Source: the human T2T-CHM13v2.0 reference genome, Homo sapiens
Assembly (NCBI RefSeq): GCF_009914755.1
Contig: NC_060931.1
Length of the DNA stretch: 64,000 nucleotides
Reading direction: 5' to 3' (one strand)
The translations under genes were made by a program, and so were the position numbers. Positions 28,381-39,553 of this stretch are shown here, one piece after another. The notes below the pieces were generated by a model. That model was not told the origin of the DNA. It saw nothing but the letters and a program-made list of their open reading frames with translations, and made no database searches. The first letter of the stretch is position 1; each line of letters starts with the position of its first letter.

Positions 28381-29844
28381 CTACTGCACGTTCCACATCC
28401 AAAGTTCTGTTACCATTTCTAAGCAGGAGAAATCAAAAGAAACTGAAATCAGAAAGAAAGAGAGACACAGAGAGAAAGCCATGAGCAAAAAAAAAAAAAA
28501 AAAAAAAAAAAAGAGCAAAACCTTTCGGAAAGCATAAAACACCCCAAAGCCAAAAACCAATTCTTATCTCTTTTAAACCTTCTGCCTTCTCCAATGATGA
28601 ATGATTTATTTTTTTTTACCACTGACAATTCGTAATTATTAACTTCTCCGGCATTAATGAATAGAAATTGAATCACATGTGGGAGTATAATTTGTATCAT
28701 ATGAAGTTTTTCATATTTTAAAAAATAATTGTTCAGTTTTTCTCCATGGATTAACAATTAATGGAAAATTTTCAACATTGCTGTGTTAATGTCTCCTGAG
28801 ATAATTAGATGTGAATAATCTTTTATAAACATAGTTTCCTGGGTGGAATTTCTCATCTTCAGGAGCTTCATAAATAACCATGTCCCAAGAGAACTGTGAA
28901 TTTGGGAACTGCAAGAACTGAGTCCCAACTTGTCCAGCCTGGAAGCTTTTGGGTGATCACTCTTGCAGGTGACTTCACTGCCTTCTGTTGAAGGGCCAGT
29001 GAGAGCCTGGGGGTTTCAACCTGCAAGAGCCTTACCGTTTTAGGGTTAGCATTAACAATGAGGAAAAGGCATACTTTTTTGATATTCTCCATATGTAATA
29101 AAATAGTTACCAAAACAAAGCAAAGTGTGAGTGGTGACTGTTGAGAGGAACCTTTTTATCTTTGCTGGATTCCCAGAGATTTCTGGGTTTCTTTTGGAGT
29201 CAATAGTATTTCCATGTTAATTCTGAGCTCTTAAAACCCACAATATGAGTTGCAGCCAGTGACTAGAGTTGCAGCCAGTGACTAGTGTTGCAGCTTGTTA
29301 AACTGATCACTGGTGGTAGAGCTTTTTCATTCTGCTCACTTCTTAAAAGGTCAGCTTGGTCAGGGATTAGTGCTCCCTTGCCAGAAATAAGCAGTTAGGA
29401 ATCAAGTAAAGGAGTCAGCTAAAAGCGTAATTACTAAGTAGTGAGGTCACAGCTAGATGGTTGTTGATCTCATTTTCTCTCTGCTGCTGATTTCAAGGCT
29501 TTATACCGTGTTTTGATGTAACATAGAATGTATACTATGAAGGACAAATAGTCTGTTAGCTTCTTGGAGCTATGCTCCATTACTGGAGCAGGGGACAACA
29601 ATTTGAAGGACATTACTACTTAGACAGTTTAATCTGCCTTTGGCTAGAATAAACTTCAAGTTCCAAGGGCTGGGTTCAGTTGTTATGCAAATTTAGATTG
29701 TTGCGGTAAAATTTCCAAATAAAAAGATAGGACTCTTTAGATGAAATAAGAATTTAACTGTATTTGAACCCTGTTGAAGGCCAGACAAGTTTAGGCAAAA
29801 TCCCATGACTGAACACTCTGTGATGAGTCCCTTTAAATTCCAAC

Positions 29845-30385
29845 ATATAATCTATGTTGGTAAATATGATACATGCACTGGAAAAGGATGTGTATTCAGT
29901 AGTTGTTGAGTGTCATGTTCTGTATATGTCAGTTTATGTCAAGTTTCTTCATTGTGTTCATCAAATTTCCCTTTCTCTTATGGTTTTTCTTCTGTTGGTT
30001 CCATCGGTAATTGAAAGGTATGTTAAAATCTATATTGTAGATTAGACCATTTATCTTTTAGTTATATCAGTTTCTGTAGTAAATAATTTGAAGGGATATT
30101 TTATATTTATACATATTTAAAATTGGCATACTTTTCTAGTGACCGACATTGTAAAATCTTTTTTATCTTAGCTATATTTCTTGGCGTAAGACTAAACTTT
30201 CAATAATAACAAAGCAACATGAGCTTTGTGCTGATTAGTGTTTGCAGGCATGTTTTCCATTGTTTTACTTCCAAATGTCTGGATTCTTGTATTCAGATAA
30301 ATTAAATAAACATAAAAAATAAATATAATATAAAACATTAAAAACTAAATATTCTAAAAATCCAGCCAGAGATGTTTCACTTTTA
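29845..30385 (-). mobile_element. Old L1 ORF2 fragment
   Basis: CATGCACTGGAAAAGGATGTGTATTC...GTTCTGTATATGTCAG. Confidence 0.75.
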
Positions 30386-30403
30386 ATTGAAGGGTTTAGG
30401 ACC

Positions 30404-30945
30404 ATGGTGCTCACACTGTGTGCTAAGGTGCCCTGAGATGCTGTGTTTAACTGACCGGGGCACCAGCGGATAGTGTGTGAGTATGTGTATGTGTGTGTGT
30501 GTATTTGAGATGGGGGTCTCACTCTGTCCCCCTGGCTGGAGTGTGAGGTCTAGGCTCACTGCAGCCTCTGCCTCCCTGAGTAGCTGGGACAACAGGCATG
30601 CACCACCACGCCTGGCTAAGTTTTGTAATTTTAGTAGAGATGGGGTTTTGCCATGTTGCCCAGGCTGTAAATTTTTGAGGGAAACAAAGCAACATTTGCT
30701 GGAAACCTTAAGAACTACTAGCCTGAAGCAGTTCATAGTTTCAAAAGTAGTTAGTTAGAAGTGCATTTCTTTACCTTTAAGGTGGGTGTTGTTAATCACC
30801 GCGATGAAAGCAAGTATTGTGCTAAAGTCAGTGTGGAATAGGAATAAGGTCCAGTGGTTGAGATCCAGTCCGATTTTAAGATTTGAAAAGTTGTGCTGTG
30901 TGCCCAACAGGCACAAACATCCCATTAGTAAGTAAATTGTGCTTT
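30404..30945 (+). mobile_element. MER20B-like hAT element interrupted by a deleted Alu (~30500-30667)
   Basis: AAATTTTTGAGGGAAAC, GAACTACTAGC, GCCCAACAGGCACAAACATCCCATTAGTAAG. Confidence 0.75.
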
Positions 30946-30999
30946 TTTAAGAAAGAAACAAAAATACTGTTTCTACTTCCATCGCGTGTTATTTTTTAT

Positions 31000-32060
31000 G
31001 TGTACTTGCAAATCCATCACCAAAATAAAAATAATGAACATATCTAGCACTCATAAAAGTTTCCCCTTGCCCTTTTATAATCCCAAACTTTCTGTATCTT
31101 CCTACCTTACCACTCTCCCTGGCAATCACCAATCTGTCACTATAAAATAGTTTGCCTTGTCTAGACATTTATATAATTGAAATGTAGTATGCACCCTTTT
31201 TTGGAGGGGTCTGGCATCTTTCACACAGCATAATTATTTTGAGATTCAGCTATATTGCAGGCATCAATAGGTCATTAATTTTATTACTAAGTAGTATTCT
31301 ATTGTGCAGATCGGTCACAACTTACATATCCATTTGCCTGTTGATGGGTTTTTGCATTGCTTCCGGTTTTGGACTTATACAAATACATTTGCAATGAACA
31401 TTCATGTACATAAGTTCCTATAACTTTGAGTAAATATTAGGAGTGCAATAGCTAATAGGTTTAGGTTTAGTTTTAAGAGACTGTCAAAATGTTTGCTAAA
31501 ATGGTTGTACCATTTTATATTTTTATCAGCAGTATATAAGAATTCCACACTCTTGCCAACACTTTGTATGGGCCTTCTTTTAAAAGTTTAGACATTTTCA
31601 TGTGTGTACAATAGTATTTTATTGTGGTTCCATAATGCCTAATAACATTTAGTATCTATGTACTTACATGCCATCTGTATATATTTGGTAAAGTGTATGT
31701 TCACTTTTTTTTTGGCTTCTTTTTTTGTTTTTTTTCTTTGCTTTTTTTCTCATTATTAAATTTTAATAGTTTCTTTATATACTCTGGATTCAAATCCCTT
31801 ATTAGATATGAGACTTGCCAGTATTGTCCCCTTGACTTTTCTTTTTTGTTCTCATAACACTATCTTTCAATTAGCAGATGCTCTTAATTTTGATGGGGTC
31901 CAATTTATTAATTGTTCTCATGCATTTGGTTTCTGGGGCTTCATCTAAGATATTTTTGATTAATTGAATATTATGAAGTTTTTTTTTCTTTATTTTCATC
32001 TAAAAGTTCATAGCTTTTAATACTTTATTTTATATTTAAGTTAATGGTCCTATAAGTGAC
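31000..32060 (-). mobile_element. L1MC/MD fragment
   Basis: Antisense L1 3' region motifs (CCCTGGCAATCACCAATCTG, CAAAATGGTTGTACCATTTTA). Confidence 0.8.
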
Positions 32061-32064
32061 AGAG

Positions 32065-32410
32065 CTTTAACCCAAGTCACTGTCATGCATAGGTGGACCC
32101 AGGGGCTTATATAAGATCATCAAGAAATGTTCTCCTTCTTTCTCTTGACACTTTTCCTTTTGTTTTAGCCTCATTTTTTCCTTCTGAAGGTGACTCTCTT
32201 CTCTCTCTGTAGCAAGAGATAGTGCTACAAATAACCCACTTTACTTTGTCCTCGCAGACCACAGTGGTAGAAAAAGCAAGAGTCCTTCCTGATGATTCCA
32301 AAAAAAAAGTACTGAAACAGTTGCTATGATCCAAGGGTAGAGTCTTTTGCCAGAGCTGGGCATCATGATCACCTCTAGGGCTGGGGCTGGTAGGTTGGGT
32401 CAGGCCTAGT
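32065..32410 (-). mobile_element. Old MLT1 (K/L-like) LTR
   Basis: Minus strand AATGAGGCTAAAACAAAAGG...TTGATGATCTTATATAAGCCCCTGGGTCCACC. Confidence 0.6.
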
Positions 32411-33284
32411 TGGTGCCCATTGAAATGGTCCTCAAAGAAAAGGGGGGCTCTCAAGAGGAGGGTTGCTGAACACCCCACCAAAAAATAGCCACTGTGTACA
32501 TACCTACAATTCCTTGCCAGTTTATAAGCAACTGGTTGGGTGGAAAATGACTAGAAATTCAGTTGTCATTAACTTTCCTTTATAATGTCAGTAGGATGAG
32601 CCATACATTTCACATGTTGTGGGTTATGTCCATGATAGTCATTTCTGTGTATTAGGTATCAATTTGGAGTATCATCTGAAGAAATATACTATTTTGTGAT
32701 GTTATCCTTAAATTAATATTTTTAGGATAAAGAATTATAGGATGAAAGAAAAGTGTAGGATAGAAATAAAAGAATAGAGAAAATGAGAGCATGGATATAC
32801 TGCAGAAAATGGCCAAACAGGAAAAGTACTTGTGAGAGGTACTGAAGTACATAAGTGATATCACATAGACCTCCAGGAAATTACAACTACTGGCATAAGA
32901 ACAAATTATCCGAATAGTCTTTGCTAATACTGAGTCTTTTCTGCTTGCAAAAGAAGTAAGAATGGTAAGGAATCGGGACATTGTTCAGATAGGCCTCAAT
33001 GCATTTATTCATTTACCTGTTGATGGGGTTTGGGGGTATTAATGAAGGATGTTAAAAAATAATAATGGGCATGCTAGGTAATCATAATTGATTTGTCCAT
33101 TTGGTGTGAAGAACATTTTGCCTACCTTCTTTTTTGTCGAGGGATTCATTTTTAATGTCATGTTGGATTCTATGGCTTACTAAATGTGTAATTGCCTATT
33201 TATGGATTCTGAAGAATTTTATAAAATGTATTTGCCAAACATTTTGAAAGCTTAGAATTTCTCCAAGGAAGAAGTTCTTTAGTG

Positions 33285-33520
33285 CTTTAGTGCTGCCCTG
33301 ACAAATATGGTAGCCACAGCCATGTGAATATTGAGCATTTGAAATGTGGCTAGGCTGGATTGAGATGTGCTGTCAGGGGAAAACACACACCAGATTTTGA
33401 AGACTTAGTAGGAAATAAAATTAAACATATCTAATTAATAACTTTTATATTGGTTAGACATTGACATAATATTTTGTATGTATTTTACATATAAATATAC
33501 ATTCATGTGTATGTGTAATT
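33285..33520. mobile_element. MER33/MER3 hAT element
   Basis: AATATGGTAGCCACAGCCATGTG...TTGAGCATTTGAAATGTGGCTAG...TTTTGAAGACTTAGTA. Confidence 0.8.
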
Positions 33521-33539
33521 AATATCTTCACATGAAATA

Positions 33540-33995
33540 CTTCTCAATTACAATTGGAAGAATGATGACTTTGTGGTGGAGAAATCTGGCACAAACTTGA
33601 TCATATGCCTCCTGCTGTGATGTCCTAGGAAGACCACAGCATTATTTCTGTGGTTTTCTTGTGAAAGATACATGACCTAAGTCTGGATATGGAAACCCAT
33701 CAGATGGAAAAAGGTGAACACATCCTTCATAAATGCTTATGATCTTTAAAACTCTTAAGGTTATGAAAAATAGGGCAAAAGAGAGGAACTGTTTGAAGTT
33801 GAAGGAGCTTAAGAGACATGACAATTAATGCAATGGGAAATCCTGGATTGGATCCTGGATTACAAAGTTCAAAAAAAATGTATTTAGGGCGCCACTGAGA
33901 AAATTTGGATGAGATTATAACATCTGTTGATTGGACAGTAGTGTTGGGTGAATGCTGATATCCTGACATGGATGATTATGTTCTGGTTATGAGAA
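33540..33995 (+). mobile_element. L1MC4/5-type 3' end
   Basis: AAGAGACATGACAATTAATGCAATG...ATCCTGGATTGGATCCTGG. Confidence 0.8.
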
Positions 33996-34600
33996 CTTTT
34001 CCCAGATTCCTCATTGTTTGCCCATTGCGTTCATGGACAATGTGGTGATGGTAGCAGGAGAAGATGCTGCATGTTTCCAATAATATGAACTTCCCTGCAG
34101 CAGTGCTGCCTACTGCCCAGATGAGTGCCCTGACTGCCGACAATAAGCAATGCTGAGACCCTGGAAAGAGGAACTACCTTGCCTAGACCAGACAGATTTC
34201 TGGTAATGTTGTAATAATATTTTTTCCCTTCCTTCATGGAAGTGGTAAAGAATTGCCCTCACTGGAATAGATGCATATCGGAATATGGACTCCACTTCAT
34301 ATGCTTCTCATAGCATCAAATTATTTACATTTGCTGAGTTCTTATTCTCTGCTGTCATACAATTACTACTGATGATGGAGCTTATTTTACAAAAAAAATG
34401 AGTGATGCGATGGGCTTCAGCCCAGATTTATTGGTCTTGTGACATCCCACATCACCCAGAGGAACATGACCTCACAAGAATCAGTTACTTCACCAACTGT
34501 GAGACCCTGAGGGGCTGGGTTTCTATCCCCCAAGATGTGTTAGATGCCCTGACCCAAGAGCCCTCCTACCCAGAATGCATGGTTCCATGTAGCAAGGATC
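33996..34600 (+). mobile_element. Degenerate ERVL internal fragment (integrase region)
   Basis: Colinear ERVL motifs: CATGGACAATGTGGTGATGG, GAGTGCCCTGACTGCC, CTTCCTTCATGGAAG, CTCACTGGAATAGA, TGGTCTTGTGACATCCCACATCACCCAGAGG; many stops. Confidence 0.78.
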
Positions 34601-34603
34601 AAT

Positions 34604-35128
34604 GTGATGGTGGTGATGATGATGGTGAGGATGGTGACGGTGAAGGTGGAGGTGGTGATAATGAAGTGATAGTTATGTTGAGGATGATGAAGGTGATGAT
34701 GATGATGAGAATGGTAAAGGTGAACATGGTGATAGTGAGAATGGTGATGGTGGTGATTGTGATGGTGATCATAAGGATGGTGATGGTGAAGGTGGTGATG
34801 ATAATAGTGATAGTTATGGTGAGGATAATGGTGATGATGATGAGGATGATGATGGTGAGAATGGTGATAGTGATGATGATAATGATGGTAATGATGATAA
34901 TGATGATGATTATGAGGATGGGGAGGGTGACAATCATTATTATGGTGAGGATGGTGATGGTGAAGGTGGTGATAACGATAGTGATAGTTATGGAGAAGAT
35001 GCTGGTGTCGATGATGGTGAGAATGGCGGGGGTGAGAATGGCGGAGGTAAGAATGGTGATGGCGATGATGATAGTGTTGGTGATTGTAAGGATGGTGATG
35101 GCGATCATGGTGATGATGATGATGGTGC
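34604..35128. repeat. Complex (GTGAT/GAT/GGT)n array, copy B
   Basis: Same units and the same rare submotifs as 14883-15262. Confidence 0.95.
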
Positions 35129-35629
35129 TGACTGGGCTATGAGGTAATGGAGGCAGAAAAGTGGAAGTTTCTAGGAAGTATAGAGCCAGCTGGGAACTGC
35201 AAGGCAACCTTAGTGGGGGTGGAAGATGTCGGGCCCCTGCCTCATTTCTAGACATCTGGGGAAAGCTCACCCCTCACAGTAGTTCCAGGAACCCCTCCAT
35301 CCAGCATTTCCTTCTCGCAATCAGCATGGAGCTTTTGGGGTGCAGAGAAGTGTCTTCTATTCACTGCACTCTGTGGGAAGGGAAAATGGGGAGTGCTATT
35401 TATGAACCCAGTATAATACAGTAGGGTCTTATCTAATATATTCTGGGAGAATTTTCAGCTGAAGAGAGCAAGCCTCAGAGAAGTCAGGTAACTTTATCTT
35501 CAATAGCATCCAGTTGTGATTTATTGAGCAGTTACTATGTGCCAGGCAACATGCTGGGTGGTTCCTTATATGTTATCTCATGAAATCCTACAGCAACACA
35601 AGGAGACAGGCATAACTACCCCATTTTAA

Positions 35630-36115
35630 AAATTGTGGTAAAATTAACTAAAATTTACTGTCTAACTATGTTTAAGTTTACATTTCGGTGGCATTAAATA
35701 CATTCACAATGTTGTGCAACCAATTTCCAGAATGCTTTTCATCTTGTAACACTACCATTCTGTAACTCATTTAAAAACAACTCCCCAATCCCCACCCTCC
35801 CCAGGACCTGGTAGCCACCATTCTCCTGTCTGTCTCTATGGATTTGACTACTCTAGGTGCCTTGGAAAAGTGGAATAATACAGCATTTGTCTTTTTGGTC
35901 TGGCTTATTTTGCTCAGCCTAATGTCTTCAAGGTTCATTCTTGATGCAGTAGGTGTCAGAATCTCCTTCCTTTTCAAGGCTGAACACTATTCCACTGTAT
36001 GCAGAGACAGCATTTTGTTGATCCGTCCGTCCATCCATGGACACTTGGGTTGTTTCCACCTTTTGGTTATTGTGGATGATGCTGCTCTGAACATGGTTGT
36101 GCAAGTGTCTCTTCC
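35630..36115 (-). mobile_element. L1MB 3' end
   Basis: ACATTCACAATGTTGTGCAACCA, TCTGTCTCTATGGATTTGACTACTCTAGG, GGACACTTGGGTTGTTTCCACC. Confidence 0.88.
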
Positions 36116-36885
36116 AGGCTAGCCCCATTATACAGAAGAGCATAGAGAGATTCTGGGAGGAGGCATGACCTGCCTGGGGCCTTTGGTGAGGTCCTGGTGG
36201 AGGATCTCCCAGACCTCAAAGGCAGAGCTCCTCTCCTCACCCCACTGCCTTTCTTAGGACCTGCCTCCTGCTCCACCACACAGTGCCCACTCCCTGGTAC
36301 TAGACTTGCTAAGGTCTCTTGATCCTTGAAAGTTCAGGGACAGGAACTGGTGGGCACAACTACAGTCAATCACTGCTCTGTCACCTACTGCAGACTCTGT
36401 GCCAAACAATACATGACAATGACCTGCTTTCCACTGTTTCACCAGATGTGGATGAGGCATCTGCTGCATGCCAGGCATGTGTGGGCACTGGATGGAGACC
36501 CCTGGGAAATGAGAAGAAGTGAGCTCCTCAAGGCCAGGGGCATCCCTTTCCCTTGCTGCTACCCTGTGAGGGATGGAGGGGAACCCTGAAGCATTGGAGA
36601 AGTGCATGAGTGACCTAGCTCAGATGATGATATCATAGTAACCCTATTTATTATCACCTACCATGTGCCAGGCATTGTGCAAAGTACTTTGCACACATTA
36701 CCTGCTGTAAAGCTCAGAGACAACTGTAGGAGTGAATCTGTTATACCTCCCACTTTACAGGGGAGGAAACTGATGCCCAGAGAGGTGAATCAGTCTTCCC
36801 CAGGCCTTGCAGCTAGTCTCTGGGATGTGGATCCAGGCAGTCTGACTTAGAGATCCCCTCATCCTCGTGGTTTTTGCCCCTGCAG

Positions 36886-37277
36886 CCCTCTGACCTGTCC
36901 CCAGGGCCCTGTACCCTTGGCCACCTCCAAGATGACCTGGACATGGGCTTCAGCAAAGGTAGCAACCCCAAAACACCTCCATTTGATAGGGAGGAAGCTC
37001 AGGCCCACCACAGGAGACCTGGGCTGCAGGTGGTGTAGGTGCTGGCTGAACCAAAATGCACCCATGTTGGAGGATGCACCCTAGGATGGGCAGCAGCGGG
37101 AGGTCTCCCTGCCCAACAACTGGTAGTGGTACCTGAGAACAAAGGAGGAGAAGGAGGCTTTGGACACAGGTGTGGAGAAGCCCAAGGAGGAAGAAGAAGA
37201 CTCAGACTATGGGCTGCTGGATGGCCTCAAGGATCCCCTCCCAGAAAAGGAACTTTGAGACTTATACCCAGGGCTGA
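36886..37277 (+). pseudogene. BSNDP: BSND (barttin) pseudogene: decayed last coding exon with its splice acceptor
   Basis: After TTTTTGCCCCTGCAG it translates PLTCPQGPVPLA/QDDLDMGFSKGSNPKTPPFDREEA...[71 protein letters not shown], colinear with the barttin C-terminus ([20 protein letters not shown]...LPNNWQRYPRTK...FEPDTQG) with frameshifts and stops. Confidence 0.92.
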
Positions 37278-39079
37278 GATGAAAGTGCTCCCTATTTTCT
37301 ATTCTGGAACTGCTGCAAACCTCGGCATGACATCACAGGGCCTCATTTCCCTATTTGTAAAATGGGATTTTATGGGGGTTCCAATGAGACACTGGACCCA
37401 GAGCATTTTGAGAATTGTAAAAAATGTACAGTGAGGGAATAATTATTATCAATGGACCATTGCTCTTCCAATAGTTAGTATTCTTTAGCAAATATTTGAA
37501 GGTAAAATATGATTTGTTGAGGAGGTTTGCAGCAGCTGAGGCCCTCAAGAGTCTTTTCTGTCTCTGTTCAAAGCTGGCCTCTGACAGGGACCTTCTTGGC
37601 ACTATCCCTGGGCCTCTCATCCTTTGTGCAGGCTTCTCAGGGTTCTTATTTCTATTGCATCTTGTGGTTCCTTAGTGGATGGCATGCTCCATCTTCACTC
37701 AAAGCTAACTGCATCTTCTCCAGGTCCATGTCCCTTGTGCAGCACCCACTGCTCCCTCACCAGGATTCAAAACCTTCTGTGACTGACCTCTGCTGACCTC
37801 CCAACTTTATCCCCCCTCATTCTTTCTGCTCCTCCAGTTCCATGCCTGCACCCCTCAATCCTGTGACTCACACTCTCACCCAAGCTGTTCTCCATCAGGA
37901 TTTCCTTGGCTCCCTTTTCTGCTAGGCAAATTTGTGTTCATCCTTCCAAGCCCTGCACAGATGTCCTCCTCTGAAAGCTCTCCCTGAGGTCACAGAGTCC
38001 TGGAACAAGGCAGTCTTTGCTCCTCTGCTGCCTCTGGGTTTTGTGCCTTTATCACTTTGGTGTGACTGCCTGCCTCCTGCTGAAGGGAGGCATTTTGGCT
38101 TTACTCACCTCAGTATCTCCTGGGTCCAGCTGGGTGTCTGGCCTGGCCCAGAATCGGTGCTCATCGAAGGTGTATAGAACTCACAAGGACCCAGGAATGT
38201 TTTGCAAATAACACCACCCTCCCACACTTCTCCAATGTTTACTTTCTAAGCTCCTTTACTCTTTGACATTCAAATTTCTAAATGGCCTGTATGTATTTAC
38301 AAAGCCTGGGAAAACGCCTTCAGAGGACAAACACACCCCACTGGCAGAATGTATTTGCATTGACTAGCATTATGGATGAAATTCAGCTTTCTGGCAAATG
38401 AATCATTTGGCATTGACTGAGTATCTGCTCTGTGCCAGATACTAAACTGTGATCTCTAGAAAGAGATATGAACTACTGACACAGTCCTTGACACTGAAGA
38501 GCTCAGAATCCAGTGAGCTTGATTTCTTGTAAGTTAGAGACAGAGTTCAGAGCAGAAGCTCAGGAAGGAGAAGAGAAGTAAAATGGACACAAGAGAGGCA
38601 GTGACAGCCACACAGCTGTCTGGGGGGACACTGGGTGCAGCAAGAAATAGCTTAGGCTGCCTTGGCAGCCCACGAAGTTATCAGGGTTTCCTATTGCAGC
38701 ATCTCAGTAATGCTTTTGTTATTCTGATCTCTGCAAAGCCCCGCTGTGCCCCAGCCCAGGATGGTGGCAGCCATGCTGTGGAGAAAAGGGCAGTGACCAG
38801 GACCACAGGCTCAGAGCTTGCACCCTGGACCACCTGGGAATGGGAGCCCTTCACATGTTCTCTGCCTCTGTGTTCAGGTTGGGGGTCCTGGCCAAGGAAG
38901 GGAGATGACCCCCATGCTGGGTCAAAAGGACACACTCCCAGGAACAGACTATCTCTTCTTTCTGGGTAATTTCTGCCTCTGCAGTGAATGGTGAAACCAG
39001 ACACATCCTCTGTGTTGATATGACACAAAGACAGGCATTCCTGCTCATGGGCTGAATCTTCAGATGAGGGGAGGTGTAG

Positions 39080-39553
<474 letters not shown>

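Noticed and set aside
34402-35270. 246-aa Met/Val/Ile-rich and 223-aa Ile/Thr-rich ORFs (also the His-rich ORF at 14849-15280)
   Set aside because: Artefacts of trinucleotide-phased GAT/GGT repeats; no gene structure.
36886-37277. Functional BSND gene
   Set aside because: In-frame stops, frameshifts and no recognisable upstream exons.
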